A stretch of DNA of 64,000 nucleotides from Terriglobia bacterium (GCA_965206645.1 CBDBKE010000004.1:1792001-1856000), one strand, 5' to 3'; positions 10,742-20,092 are shown, counted from the first letter of the stretch. Notes: generated by a model not told the origin, from the letters alone. Made by a program: numbers and translations.

Positions 10742-10746
10742 GGGCG

Positions 10747-10848
10747 CTACCAGGAGAAAAGTTCGCGCAAATAGCGCGTCCACATCAGCAGGACCAGCAG
10801 GAAAAACACCAGCACCACGCCCACGGCCTGCGAGCGCGCCAGTTTCAT
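10747..10848 (-). CDS. Putative 33-aa single-pass membrane protein (below the ORF-track cutoff)
   Basis: MKLARSQAVGVVLVFFLLVLLMWTRYLRELFSW*; GC-rich third codon positions; ATG overlaps (ATGA) the stop of the duplicated tonB 3' end; stop lies 5 nt before the proposed miaA start. Confidence 0.6.
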   Translation of the reverse strand: MKLARSQAVGVVLVFFLLVLLMWTRYLRELFSW

Positions 10849-10849
10849 T

Positions 10850-10871
10850 GTTCGTAGAACGTATTGTACAG
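10850..10871. repeat. 22-bp direct repeat, copy A (displaced tonB 3' end)
   Basis: GTTCGTAGAACGTATTGTACAG, identical to 12044-12065. Confidence 0.9.
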
Positions 10872-11005
10872 TTCGGGGACCCCCAGTGAGAAGGGATGAC
10901 AAGGAGTGACCCTAAGTAATACGCCACGCCGGGGATGATGCCATTTCGCCGGTCAGATACATGAGACCGACGCGCACCGAGTAACAAGCAGTTATGGGGT
11001 CAGTG

Positions 11006-11911
11006 TCAGGGTTGCGCGTAGGAGTCGTAGTTCAGCACGAAGCTCAGAAAGTCAGAGACTTCAATCATGTCTTGTCCGTGGAAGCGGATGGAGTGGGAAT
11101 CGGTCCGCTCGATCAATCGGAGGTAGGCGAGGACCTCCACTGGGCGGTAGTGTTTGAAGCTGACGTCGAATGTCACGGGTGTCTCAACTCTGTAAGGTTT
11201 GAAATCCCCCAGCCGCCCCAGCGCAGTTTTGGCTTTCTGCCTAATCAACTCATAGGAAGCTTCCGGCGTCAATGTCTCGGCTGAATGGAAGCCGAGGTTC
11301 TTCTTAACCACAGCACCTTCGATGTCACCCACCAACGACTGAACTTCTGCGACGGCGGCATCGTCGCCGGACACCATGACCACCGGGACGCCGAAGTGTC
11401 CTGCGATAGCGGCGTTGAAGGCACCTTCGGTAACCGGCGTGCCGTTGAGTTTGACACTGGTCAGCCGCGCACTCGAAAAGGTGTGAGCGCGCACACCGGT
11501 AGGATTGTTTGTAGAAGCGTGGTACCCGATTAGGAAGATGGCGTCGAAGGTTTCGTCGATCCCCGCCACCTGCCCCTGCCGCCGCGGGTAGGAGCGGATG
11601 ATGTGGACGTCTTTGGGGAACATTTCGATCAAGAGGCTTTCGCCGTTGCCATGCGAGTCACTGACTAGGATCTCGGTGGCGCCGGCTTCTTTGGCCGCTT
11701 CGACGACGGCCAATGCTTCGCGGGTCATGAATTCCCGAAAACGACCATATTCAAACCCGCTAGGACCCAACTGATCGCCGGTAACCGTTCCGACCGTTCC
11801 TTCCATGTCTACCGAGATGTAAACCTTCAGCTTCTCAGCTGGCTGCGTTTCCGCTCCCAGAGCCATCAATCCACCTAGGAAGGCCAGCAGACAAACATGA
11901 CGAGTTCTCAC
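11006..11911 (-). CDS. M55 family D-aminopeptidase (DppA-like) with signal peptide
   Basis: KVYISVDMEG, VSDSHGNG, IGYHA, AHTFSS, VMVSGDD, AVVK; hydrophobic N-terminus. Confidence 0.9.
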   Translation of the reverse strand: MRTRHVCLLAFLGGLMALGAETQPAEKLKVYISVDMEGTVGTVTGDQLGPSGFEYGRFREFMTREALAVVEAAKEAGATEILVSDSHGNGESLLIEMFPKDVHIIRSYPRRQGQVAGIDETFDAIFLIGYHASTNNPTGVRAHTFSSARLTSVKLNGTPVTEGAFNAAIAGHFGVPVVMVSGDDAAVAEVQSLVGDIEGAVVKKNLGFHSAETLTPEASYELIRQKAKTALGRLGDFKPYRVETPVTFDVSFKHYRPVEVLAYLRLIERTDSHSIRFHGQDMIEVSDFLSFVLNYDSYAQP

Positions 11912-12038
11912 GGGGATCCTCCTCCCTCCATCATTTCCGTATGAGTTGTCGGTTTCTCAGTTCGAACTGTATCAACGGCGCTTTGGCGTGGCCTTCCATC
12001 AAGCTATTTTATTGGAAAGAAGTCTCAATAAGACCGCG

Positions 12039-13037
12039 TTATCGTTCGTAGAACGTATTGTACAGGAAGGTGACCCGGATGCGGACGAAGGGGCCACTGA
12101 ACTCCGCGGGCAACGGGGGAAACGGCGCCGAAGCGCTGATGCCGGCCAGGGCGGCCCGGTCGAGAGGCTCGGAACCGGACGTGGAAACCAGATAGAGCTT
12201 GGGCACCTCACCGTCGCGCAGAATCTCGAAGATCAGCGTCACTTGCCCACGCTTGCCCAGCCGCGCAATCTCCGGCATCACCGCATACCAGTTCTGACGA
12301 ATATCCATGACGACGCGGCGCAGGTAGGGGTCAAAGTCCACGCCCAGCGTGTCGGTCAAGATGCGGGCGTTGCCGACGGCGCCGGGCCCGCGCGGCTTGA
12401 AGCCGCCGGGCGGGCGGGCGCTACCCAAGTTGTCCAAGTCGCTCAGCGACGGGCCGCCGCCGCGATTGCGGGCCGTTTTCCGAACGGTTTCTTCCAACGC
12501 GCGGCCGGGGCTGGGCTGGGTGGGCAAGGTTAGCTTGGGCCGCTGGCTGCTTAAGTCCTCCAGCCGCAGCCCGGGCGGAGTAGGCTGGCCCGCCCGAGAT
12601 TTGGGTGACTGCTGCCCCGCGTTGCCCGGTGGTAACCGGGGTGGCTCCTGAGCCTTGGCCAGCAGCTCTTCTTCACCCTTCTTTTCCGCAGGTGGAGTGG
12701 GCTCGGCAGGGGGAGCCAACCTAGGCAGCGGTGGCAATTTGAGATCGGGTTGCGCCCGGGGGTCCTTGTCCGAAAGTACGTTGGTCTTGGGCTTGGTCTG
12801 GACCAGCAGGTCGTCGGGCGGCAGCGCCAGGTAGGTCAACTGTTCACGCGGCCTAGGATTGTCCTCCTCGATCCCCAGCGTCTCTCTCACCGACTCGGAA
12901 AGCAGTGGCGACACCAGAAGCACAACCAGGGCCACCAGGTGTGCGCTCACTGAAAGAAGCACCGACTCCCGCCGGCGGGCGCGCGCGGCATCGTCCTCAA
13001 GCTCCAGCAACAGGTTCAGTTGCGGTTCGGGATCCAT
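12039..13037 (-). CDS. TonB family protein (N-terminal TM anchor, Pro-rich linker, TonB C-terminal domain)
   Basis: TM segment, PPLPRLAPPAEP linker, VDFDPYLRRV, FEILRDG, SGSEPLDRAALAGI, PFPPLP. Confidence 0.85.
   Translation of the reverse strand: MDPEPQLNLLLELEDDAARARRRESVLLSVSAHLVALVVLLVSPLLSESVRETLGIEEDNPRPREQLTYLALPPDDLLVQTKPKTNVLSDKDPRAQPDLKLPPLPRLAPPAEPTPPAEKKGEEELLAKAQEPPRLPPGNAGQQSPKSRAGQPTPPGLRLEDLSSQRPKLTLPTQPSPGRALEETVRKTARNRGGGPSLSDLDNLGSARPPGGFKPRGPGAVGNARILTDTLGVDFDPYLRRVVMDIRQNWYAVMPEIARLGKRGQVTLIFEILRDGEVPKLYLVSTSGSEPLDRAALAGISASAPFPPLPAEFSGPFVRIRVTFLYNTFYER
12044..12065. repeat. 22-bp direct repeat, copy B (current tonB 3' end)
   Basis: Identical to 10850-10871; encodes LYNTFYE on the minus strand. 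Confidence 0.9.
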
Positions 13038-13115
13038 GCCCAAGCTTCATGAGTGACGAGGCAAGCATAGATTCACTCATCACTCTCCCTTCACTGTGCC
13101 GGCTTCACTGCGGCT

Positions 13116-14105
13116 TCAATGCGCCGCACTCTTCACTCCGAAGAGACGGCGGTTGTGCTGCTCGACGGCCTCCACGATCTGCAAGGCCACTTGCAGGACG
13201 CGACGCCCCTCCTCACCGCCCACCGCTGGTGGCCGGCGCGTCCGGACGCATTCCAAAAAGTGCCGCAACTGCGCGTGCAGAGGTTCTTCCCGGGGAGCGC
13301 TTCCCGCTTCTTCCATCAGGAGCCGCCGGCTGATCCCGGTTTCTCGGGAGTCACCACCAGTGGCCGGCCCCACGGAGAAAACCACCAGGTCTTGGCGCGT
13401 GTAGTCCAGCGACACGTATTGAGCCGGCTGGAAAAACCGGAGCTTGCGGACGCGTTCCGTGCTCACACGGCTGGCCGTGAAATTGGCTACACATCCATTG
13501 TCAAACGATAGACGGACGTTCGCAATGTCAATCTTGGGCGAGAGGATGGCGAGGCCGGCAGCGCGCACTTCTTCGATGCCCGCGCTGCAGAGTGCCAGCA
13601 CGATGTCCAGGTCGTGGATCATCAGGTCCAGCACGACGTCCACATCCAGGCTGCGCGGAGTAAAGACGCTCAGCCGGTGCACTTCAAAGAACAGCGGCCG
13701 GGTGACGATGCGCTGCGCGGTGACCACCGCCGGATTAAAGCGCTCCAGGTGGCCCACCTGCAGCAACCGACCCGAGGCGCGCGCGGCGGCAATCAGCCGG
13801 TCGGCTTCGGGGACTGAAGGCGCGATGGGCTTTTCCACCAGCACGTCCAGCCCCCGATCCAGCAGCCAGCAACCTACCTCGGCGTGCTGGGCTGTGGGCA
13901 CGGCCAGACTGGCAGCGCGGGCGGCGCCGGCCGCCTCCTCTAGGGAAGAGAAGACGCGACAGCCGAATTCTTGCGCCACTGCCCGAGCCCGCGCGGCGTC
14001 GGCGTCGAAGACGCCGACCAGTTCGGCCTCCGGCAGCTTCCGGTAGACGCGCGCATGCTGCCGGCCAAAGGTCCCGGCACCGATAATGGCCACGGGAATC
14101 GTCAT
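13116..14105 (-). CDS. Gfo/Idh/MocA oxidoreductase, possibly GnnA-like UDP-GlcNAc 3-dehydrogenase
   Basis: IIGAGTFG, VLVEKP, VGHLERFNPA, DVVLDLMIHDLD, TASRVS; coupled to lpxI. Confidence 0.85.
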   Translation of the reverse strand: MTIPVAIIGAGTFGRQHARVYRKLPEAELVGVFDADAARARAVAQEFGCRVFSSLEEAAGAARAASLAVPTAQHAEVGCWLLDRGLDVLVEKPIAPSVPEADRLIAAARASGRLLQVGHLERFNPAVVTAQRIVTRPLFFEVHRLSVFTPRSLDVDVVLDLMIHDLDIVLALCSAGIEEVRAAGLAILSPKIDIANVRLSFDNGCVANFTASRVSTERVRKLRFFQPAQYVSLDYTRQDLVVFSVGPATGGDSRETGISRRLLMEEAGSAPREEPLHAQLRHFLECVRTRRPPAVGGEEGRRVLQVALQIVEAVEQHNRRLFGVKSAAH

Positions 14106-14992
14106 GGCGTTTGTGATTGGGCGGCTTCGCCCGCAACGCTTCCCTCGCCCCCCTCGCCTAGTGTCCCCACAATGGCCACTTCAGCCTCCTCGGCCAGCCG
14201 AAGCAGCTCCTGCCGGTCCAACAGAAGAGTCTTGCCGGCCTCCACCGAAAGGGCGGTGGCATGGGCCTGCTGCATGGTACGAATCGTGGCAGGCCCGATG
14301 ACCGGTACGTCGAAGCGCAGGTCCTGCGCCGGCTTGGCCACCTTGACCACGGTTAGTGGGCGCCCACGGCTCAGCGAGGCCGCCCGAAGGACGGTGGCAT
14401 CGGTCCCCTCCATGGCTTCCACCGCGACGCAGGCGCGCTCGGCCACCACCACCGTTTGGCCGATGTCAAGCCGGGCCAGCGGCCTCGCCACCTGGAGCCC
14501 GTATTCAATATTGGAACACTCCTCGGCATCCGGGGCCCGGCGGCTCAGCACGCCGGCGCCGGCCAGCAACGGCTTCAGGAACGTGGTGGAGTCCAGCAAC
14601 GCAATTCCTTCCTCGGCCAGCGCTCCGGCCACGGCACCCAGCAGCGAGTCGGTGTTCTTCTTTGAGAGCGACCCCAGCAGTTTCAGCAGCCGCCAGTCCG
14701 GCCGGATGGAGGAGAAGATTTGTGCGTGCTTCACCTGGCCGGCCATGACGGCGTGAGTAATGCCCTGGCTCTTGAGCAGGTCAATGAGCCGGGAAAGCTC
14801 GCCCAGACCGATCCAGTGAAAGCCGGCGGCCAGCCGTTCCAGCTCCGGGTCGGCCTCTTGGCGAATGGCGGCCACCAGCATGGGCCGGCCGTTGGTGCGG
14901 GCCGCTTCCAGCACCAGGAAGGGGAAGCGCCCGTTGCCGGCGATCAGCGCGTAGCGCCCCTCCGACAATTTACTCATCGGAGATTGATTCAC
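14102..14992 (-). CDS. lpxI: UDP-2,3-diacylglucosamine diphosphatase LpxI (DUF1009)
   Basis: LIAGNGRFP, VMAGQV, LDIGQTVVV, AVEAMEGTDA, QDLRFDVPVIG; directly after lpxA. Confidence 0.92.
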   Translation of the reverse strand: MNQSPMSKLSEGRYALIAGNGRFPFLVLEAARTNGRPMLVAAIRQEADPELERLAAGFHWIGLGELSRLIDLLKSQGITHAVMAGQVKHAQIFSSIRPDWRLLKLLGSLSKKNTDSLLGAVAGALAEEGIALLDSTTFLKPLLAGAGVLSRRAPDAEECSNIEYGLQVARPLARLDIGQTVVVAERACVAVEAMEGTDATVLRAASLSRGRPLTVVKVAKPAQDLRFDVPVIGPATIRTMQQAHATALSVEAGKTLLLDRQELLRLAEEAEVAIVGTLGEGGEGSVAGEAAQSQTP

Positions 14993-15759
14993 TTGATGAC
15001 GCCGCGTTCGGAGCTGGTGATGAAGCTCACCAGCGCCTCCAGGTCTTCATTCATCCCGTCGGCCCGGATGCGTTCCAGTGCCTGGCTGGTATTCAGTTTC
15101 GAGGAGGTCAGCAGCCGGAGGGCGTGATGCAGGCGCTGGATGCGCTCGCCGCTGAAGCCGTGCCGCTCCAGGCCCACCTTGTTTACTCCAAAGGTCTTCA
15201 CTTCGCGTTCGGCCACGGTTTTCGAGAAGGGCAGAACGTCCTTGGTGATGACGCTGTAGCCGCCGACAATTGAGTGGCGTCCAACCCGGCAGTGTTGGTG
15301 GATGCCGCTGAACGCCCCGACAAACGCGCAGTCCTCAATCACCACGTGCCCGGCCATGGTCATTCCGTGGCCCAGGATCGCCCGGTTGCCGATTTGGCAA
15401 TCGTGGGCGACGTGGGAGTAGGCCTGCAGCAGGCAGCCATCCCCGATCTTGGTCAGGGCGCCGCCCCCTTCCGTTCCCCGGTGCACGGTGACAAACTCGC
15501 GGAAGATATTGTCGCTGCCGATTACTGTCTCACTGCGCTCGCCCTTGAACTTCAGGTCCTGCGGTTCGACCCCAATCGTGCTGTAGGGGAAGAAGCGGTT
15601 GCGCTGGCCGATGAGGATCGGCCCGGCCACGAAGACGTGCGCCAGCAGCTCACATCCGGCGCCAATCTCCGCCTCCGCCTCGACGACGCAGTAGGGGCCC
15701 ACCGAGGCATTGGGGTCCACACGCGCCGAAGGGTGGATGATGGCCGTGGGGTGGATCAT
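14989..15759 (-). CDS. lpxA: Acyl-ACP--UDP-N-acetylglucosamine O-acyltransferase (copy 1)
   Basis: IHPTAII, PQDLKFKGE, REFVTVHRGT, HVAHDC, IHQHCRVG, GVNKVGLERHGF. Confidence 0.95.
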   Translation of the reverse strand: MIHPTAIIHPSARVDPNASVGPYCVVEAEAEIGAGCELLAHVFVAGPILIGQRNRFFPYSTIGVEPQDLKFKGERSETVIGSDNIFREFVTVHRGTEGGGALTKIGDGCLLQAYSHVAHDCQIGNRAILGHGMTMAGHVVIEDCAFVGAFSGIHQHCRVGRHSIVGGYSVITKDVLPFSKTVAEREVKTFGVNKVGLERHGFSGERIQRLHHALRLLTSSKLNTSQALERIRADGMNEDLEALVSFITSSERGVIK

Positions 15760-15767
15760 CGAGACTG

Positions 15768-16238
15768 TCAGGGGCGGGAGGCCGGCTTCTGCACCGTTTC
15801 GCGATCAGCGATGATGCACATGATGATTGCCTCAGCCACCAGCTTGCCGTCCACTGTGGCACGGGCGCGCATCTTGCAGACCGTGTTGCGCAGCGCCAGC
15901 ACCTCCAGCTCCAACCGTAACTGGTCGCCGGGCAGGACCGGGCGGCGGAACTTGGCCTCCTCGATGGCAGTGAACAGGACCAGCTTGCGGTCGCGATCGG
16001 GAACGTCGCGCAGCAGCAGCACCCCGCCGGTCTGCGCCATCGCCTCCACGATCAGCACCCCGGGCATGATCGGGTAGCCGGGGAAATGGCCGGCGAACCA
16101 GGGTTCGGTGATGGTGACGTTTTTCAAGCCGACGATCCGCTTCTGCGGCTCCAGCTCCAAGATCGAGTCCACCAGCAGAAACGGATAACGGTGCGGCAGC
16201 ACCTTCTGAATTTCGTTGATGTCCAGGCTCAGAGGCAT
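15768..16238 (-). CDS. fabZ: 3-hydroxyacyl-ACP dehydratase
   Basis: LPHRYPFLLVD, KNVT, GHFPGYPIMPGVLIVEAMAQ, FRRPVLPGD; start ATG 16238. Confidence 0.96.
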   Translation of the reverse strand: MPLSLDINEIQKVLPHRYPFLLVDSILELEPQKRIVGLKNVTITEPWFAGHFPGYPIMPGVLIVEAMAQTGGVLLLRDVPDRDRKLVLFTAIEEAKFRRPVLPGDQLRLELEVLALRNTVCKMRARATVDGKLVAEAIIMCIIADRETVQKPASRP

Positions 16239-16321
16239 GGCGAGCGCCAGTGCTATACTCCCACCGGCCGCACGGGGCGGGCGGCAGATTGGGCAGCGAT
16301 CCCAGGATAAGCCGAAAGTAT

Positions 16322-17476
16322 ATGCCAACCGATCCCATCCTACAATTCATCCGCGAGCGCCGCCGGGAGATGCTGGGCACCCTGCGGCAGATGGTGGAGT
16401 GCGAATCGCCAAGCCTGGACAAGGCGGCCGTGGACCGCTGCGGCGCCTTGGTCGCCGGCCACCTGGAGCGCCTGGGAGCGCGCCTGACCCGCCATCGCAG
16501 CGCCGATTTTGGCGATCACCTGCAGGCCGATTTCGCTTTGCCCGAGGGCGCCCGGCGGACCGCCGGGCGCTTGTTGGTGCTGGGTCACATCGATACAGTG
16601 TGGGAGCTGGGCACGCTGCGGCGCATGCCGTTCCGCGTGCGCAACGGGCACGCCTGCGGCCCGGGCATCCTGGACATGAAGTCAGGCATCACAGCGGCGA
16701 TGTTCGCCCTGACCGCCCTGCGGCGCCTGCGAACTCCGGTGCGGAAACGCGTGACCTTGCTACTGACCAGCGACGAGGAGGTGGGTAGCCGCTCCTCGCG
16801 CCCCATCATCGAGAGGCTGGCCCGCGGTTGCGATGCCGCGCTGGTGGTGGAACCGGCTAGCGGTCCTCGCGGCGCGCTGAAGACGGCCCGCAAGGGAGTG
16901 GGTGAATACCGGCTGGTAGTGCATGGCCGCGCCACCCACGCCGGGCTGGATTTCGCCGGGGGCGCCAGCGCCACAGTGGAGCTGGCCCGGCAACTGGTGC
17001 GCGTCGCGCGCTTCAGCCGGCCGCGGCGCGGCATCACCGTGAACGTCGGCGTCATCGGTGGTGGCACCCGCAGCAACGTGGTGGCCGAGCGCGCGTGGGC
17101 GCACATTGACGTGCGCCTGGTGCGCCTGGCCGATCAACGCTACCTGGAAAAACAATTCGGCTCTCTGCGCCCCTTCAATACGAAGACGCGGCTGGAAGTA
17201 GAGGGCGGCCTGAACCGCCCGCCCATGGAACGCACCAGTGCCATCGCTGCATTGTTTCGCCGGGCGCGACAACTGGCCCGGCCCCTCGGGATGGAGCTCG
17301 AGGAGTCCAGCGTCGGCGGGGGCTCCGACGGTAATTTTACCGCCGCCCTCGGCGTGCCAACGCTGGATGGGTTAGGCGGCGTCGGCCAGGGAGCGCACGC
17401 CCTGGATGAAAATATCGTGGTGGAGGAGTTGCCTCGCCGCGCCGCCCTGCTGGCCCACCTACTCGCCGCTTTGTAA
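16322..17476 (+). CDS. M20 family metallopeptidase (carboxypeptidase G2-like)
   Basis: ECESPS, LGHIDTVW, GPGILDMKSG, SDEEVGS, HAG, GGGSDGNFTA, DGLG, GAHA. Confidence 0.9.
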   Translation: MPTDPILQFIRERRREMLGTLRQMVECESPSLDKAAVDRCGALVAGHLERLGARLTRHRSADFGDHLQADFALPEGARRTAGRLLVLGHIDTVWELGTLRRMPFRVRNGHACGPGILDMKSGITAAMFALTALRRLRTPVRKRVTLLLTSDEEVGSRSSRPIIERLARGCDAALVVEPASGPRGALKTARKGVGEYRLVVHGRATHAGLDFAGGASATVELARQLVRVARFSRPRRGITVNVGVIGGGTRSNVVAERAWAHIDVRLVRLADQRYLEKQFGSLRPFNTKTRLEVEGGLNRPPMERTSAIAALFRRARQLARPLGMELEESSVGGGSDGNFTAALGVPTLDGLGGVGQGAHALDENIVVEELPRRAALLAHLLAAL

Positions 17477-18022
17477 GGCAACGGCGTCTCCTCCCGGCCG
17501 AGGCCGGGCAAGCGCGGCGTTAGTCGGAGACGACTGGTCGCGCTCCCCAGTTCGCGATGAACCACAGAATATAAAAGGATATCAAGACGCTCAGTGGAAT
17601 TGCCGCAAGGCACAATACTATGATTTTCCGTTTAGTATCTGGCCACGTCCGGATACCCCGTGAAACAAGCTGGAATAGAGCAATTGCTACTATGCATGAG
17701 AAGAGGAGGATTCTGTGAGTAAGCCAGGGTTCAAGATATGTGCTCCATACTTTAAATACTAGTCCCACACTCACAGAAATTGACAACAGTGCAACAAAAA
17801 AGACTTCAGCAGAATGAGCTGCTCTGCTCTTTTTCTCCACAACACGATCTCTGACGCTTTGCCCGATTGCCTTTGCGGCCAATTTGAAAGGGACGGTCTC
17901 TTCCAGGTTAGTTCTCCGGAATCCCCCTCGGGACTCGGGGGAAAACCAAATGTGATTGGCGCGAAACGGAACATCCTTCAGTTTGAAAACAATAACTTGT
18001 CCTGCAAAGTATCTAGGGCATT

Positions 18023-19284
18023 TGACCTGCCCCCGGTTATTGGTCCACCTTCCATGGTAGTCCATACGCCGTTGCAGCCGGGTGGAGCGGAGCGGAACCC
18101 GGCGGTAACGGCAGGATCACTTCCGGGGCTGGCGGCCGGTAGCCCAACGCGCTGTGCGGGCGAACTCTGTTATACTCCCGCCGCCATCCCTCAATCAACA
18201 CCTTCGCTTCCCGCAAGGTGTAAAAGATCTCTCCATTCAGAAACTCGTCTCGAAACTTCCCGTTAAACGATTCCACATACCCGTTTTCCCAGGGGCTCGC
18301 AGGCTCGATGAACAGGGTTTTCACCCCGACCCGTTCCAGCCAGTCCCGTACCAACCGAGCGGTGAACTCGGACCCATTATCCGAGCGAAGGTAATCGGGA
18401 ACTCCCCGCTCCACAAACAAGGCTGCTAGCCGTTCCAAAACACTCATCGAATCGGCTCGCCGTTCTACGTCGATCGCCAAACACTCTCGCGTGTATTCAT
18501 CCACCACCGTCAAGATCTTCAGTGGACGACCATCGTGGGTTCGATCTGCCACAAAATCGTACGCCCAGACATGATCCTGCCAGCACGGTCTTAACCGAAG
18601 GCACGACCCATCGTTCAACCACAGCCGGCCTCTGCGGGGCTGTTTCTTCGGCACTTTCAGTCCCTCCTGCCGCCAGATTCTCTCTACCCGCTTGTGGTTC
18701 ACCCGCCACCCCTCCCGGCGCAACAGCGCCGTGATCCGCCGATAGCCATAACGGCCGTACTCGCCGGCTAACTGCAGCGTCCGAGTTGCCAGGCTCGGTT
18801 CATCCTGTGGCGCCAAGGTTCGATGCCGTTGCGTGGATCGATTCTGTCCTACCACCCGACACGCCCGCCGCTCCGACACCCCCATGGCTTGGCAGACATG
18901 CTTCACTGCCTGCCGCCGTCGGGGCGGGCTCAGAAGTTTCCCGAGGATGTCTCCTTCAGAATCGCAAGGTCCAACGCCTGATCTGCTACCAACTTCTTCA
19001 GTCGGCCATTCTCCCCTTCCAGTTCCTTCAGACGCCTCACCTGATCCACTCGTAAGCTCCCGTACTCCTTCCGCCATCGGTAATAGGTCTGCTCCGTAAT
19101 TCCCAACTTCCGACAGACCCCTCCCGTTGTCTGGCCCTTGGCCAGCTCCACTTCCGCCTCTCGTAGATGTCGGATGATCTGTTCGGCTGGATATCGCTTC
19201 TTCGGCATTCCTCCCCCCTTCCATGTCCAGTCCGTACCCTAACCTCTAACTTATCAACTGGACCGATTGAAGGGGGGCAGGTCA
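18023..19284 (-). mobile_element. IS3 family element (IS407-like), 1262 bp, complete
   Basis: Terminal IRs TGACCTGCCCCC...GGTCCA; 4-bp target duplication CATT (18019-22 and 19285-88). Confidence 0.95.
18037..19208 (-). CDS. IS3 transposase OrfA (18930-19208) / OrfB, programmed -1 frameshift
   Basis: HTH OrfA; GGGAAAC slippery site; YGYRRI, WAYDF, VDEYTRE, SDNGSEF, SPWENGYVESFNG, RPHSALGY. Confidence 0.93.
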
Positions 19285-19609
19285 CATTCCACCGCCCCTA
19301 CCGTGCTCCAAGGCTTTTCTTTCCAACGTAGAAACCGCCGGTACTTGATACCTTCGGCGGTTAGTATGACTTGAGAGGCGAGAAGCGGGAGGGTCACTGC
19401 AAGCAGGAGTATCGAGAACAACGTGAGTGTAACAATGATGGGAGAGGTTGCGGGATGCATGAACCCAACTGCCCACACCAACACAAGTGACGACACTATT
19501 TTCGAACTCAACCAATCATAAAGAGAACTTTTGTATTGAATCTCCGCCATGCGATCCTATTCGTGGCAGATGCGCCAGTGCGGCCAGCCTACCGCACAAT
19601 ACCGACCGC

Positions 19610-20092
19610 CTAACGGGCCTTGTTTTCTGTTTGCTGTGGCTCGATTGACACCGCAGAAGGGTGTGCGGAAGCAAGTGTTTCGTGTAACCATGGCACTATT
19701 TCTGGAGTAGAGCGACCCGAAAGTTCGGTGATGAACTCCTTTACCGAAGGATTGGAAACAAACTGGAGTGTGCATCGCAAAGGAGAAACGTCTCGTAAGT
19801 GGATAGACAGGCCATAAAAACGATCCCAATCCACTGCTCCGATTGTTTCCCAGAGTACAAACTGCAGCCTTAGATAGCGGCGGAAGTAGACGCCTTTGTC
19901 ATTCGCAAAACCGTAAACGACAGGGTGAGCCTTTATCACGACAAATAATAGCATTAGAAGAAAAAGAGCATCGAATAGGTCTACGCCGCCTCGGAGCGTT
20001 CCTGGCAACAACAGTAGCGCCAATAATATAAGAAAGCTTCTCACCCATAGCCACATGCCAAATGAGCCCAATTGCCGGCGTTCGACATTCAT
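19610..20092 (-). CDS. Orphan membrane protein, 2 TM plus PH-like domain (160 aa)
   Basis: Two hydrophobic helices then GVYFRRYLR...WETIGAVDW, similar to the adjacent IS-split gene; lower GC. Confidence 0.65.
   Translation of the reverse strand: MNVERRQLGSFGMWLWVRSFLILLALLLLPGTLRGGVDLFDALFLLMLLFVVIKAHPVVYGFANDKGVYFRRYLRLQFVLWETIGAVDWDRFYGLSIHLRDVSPLRCTLQFVSNPSVKEFITELSGRSTPEIVPWLHETLASAHPSAVSIEPQQTENKAR

Larger units (their letters stand above)
17520..19550 (-). pseudogene. Orphan multi-pass membrane protein (about 254 aa, PH-like domain) split by an IS3 element
   Basis: Removing IS 18023-19284 and one CATT joins ...STVGAVEC to PRYFAGQV... in frame (765 nt); lower GC than flanks. Confidence 0.8.

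Noticed and set aside
10742-10987. N-terminal extensions in the ORF track for miaA, acs, rimI, fabZ, the aminotransferase and the IS1380 transposase
   Set aside because: They run through intergenic DNA, neighbouring genes or IS ends; homology starts at the downstream starts used here
17478-17525. attC-like hairpin after the islet (CCCGGCC-GA-GGCCGGG)
   Set aside because: Outer arms pair poorly and the end is GTTGCCT rather than GTTRRRY; more simply a hairpin between convergent genes
19551-19700. Integron attC between the two orphan membrane genes (GTTAGGC on the minus strand at 19608-19614)
   Set aside because: No matching RYYYAAC box or long palindrome upstream, and no integron integrase
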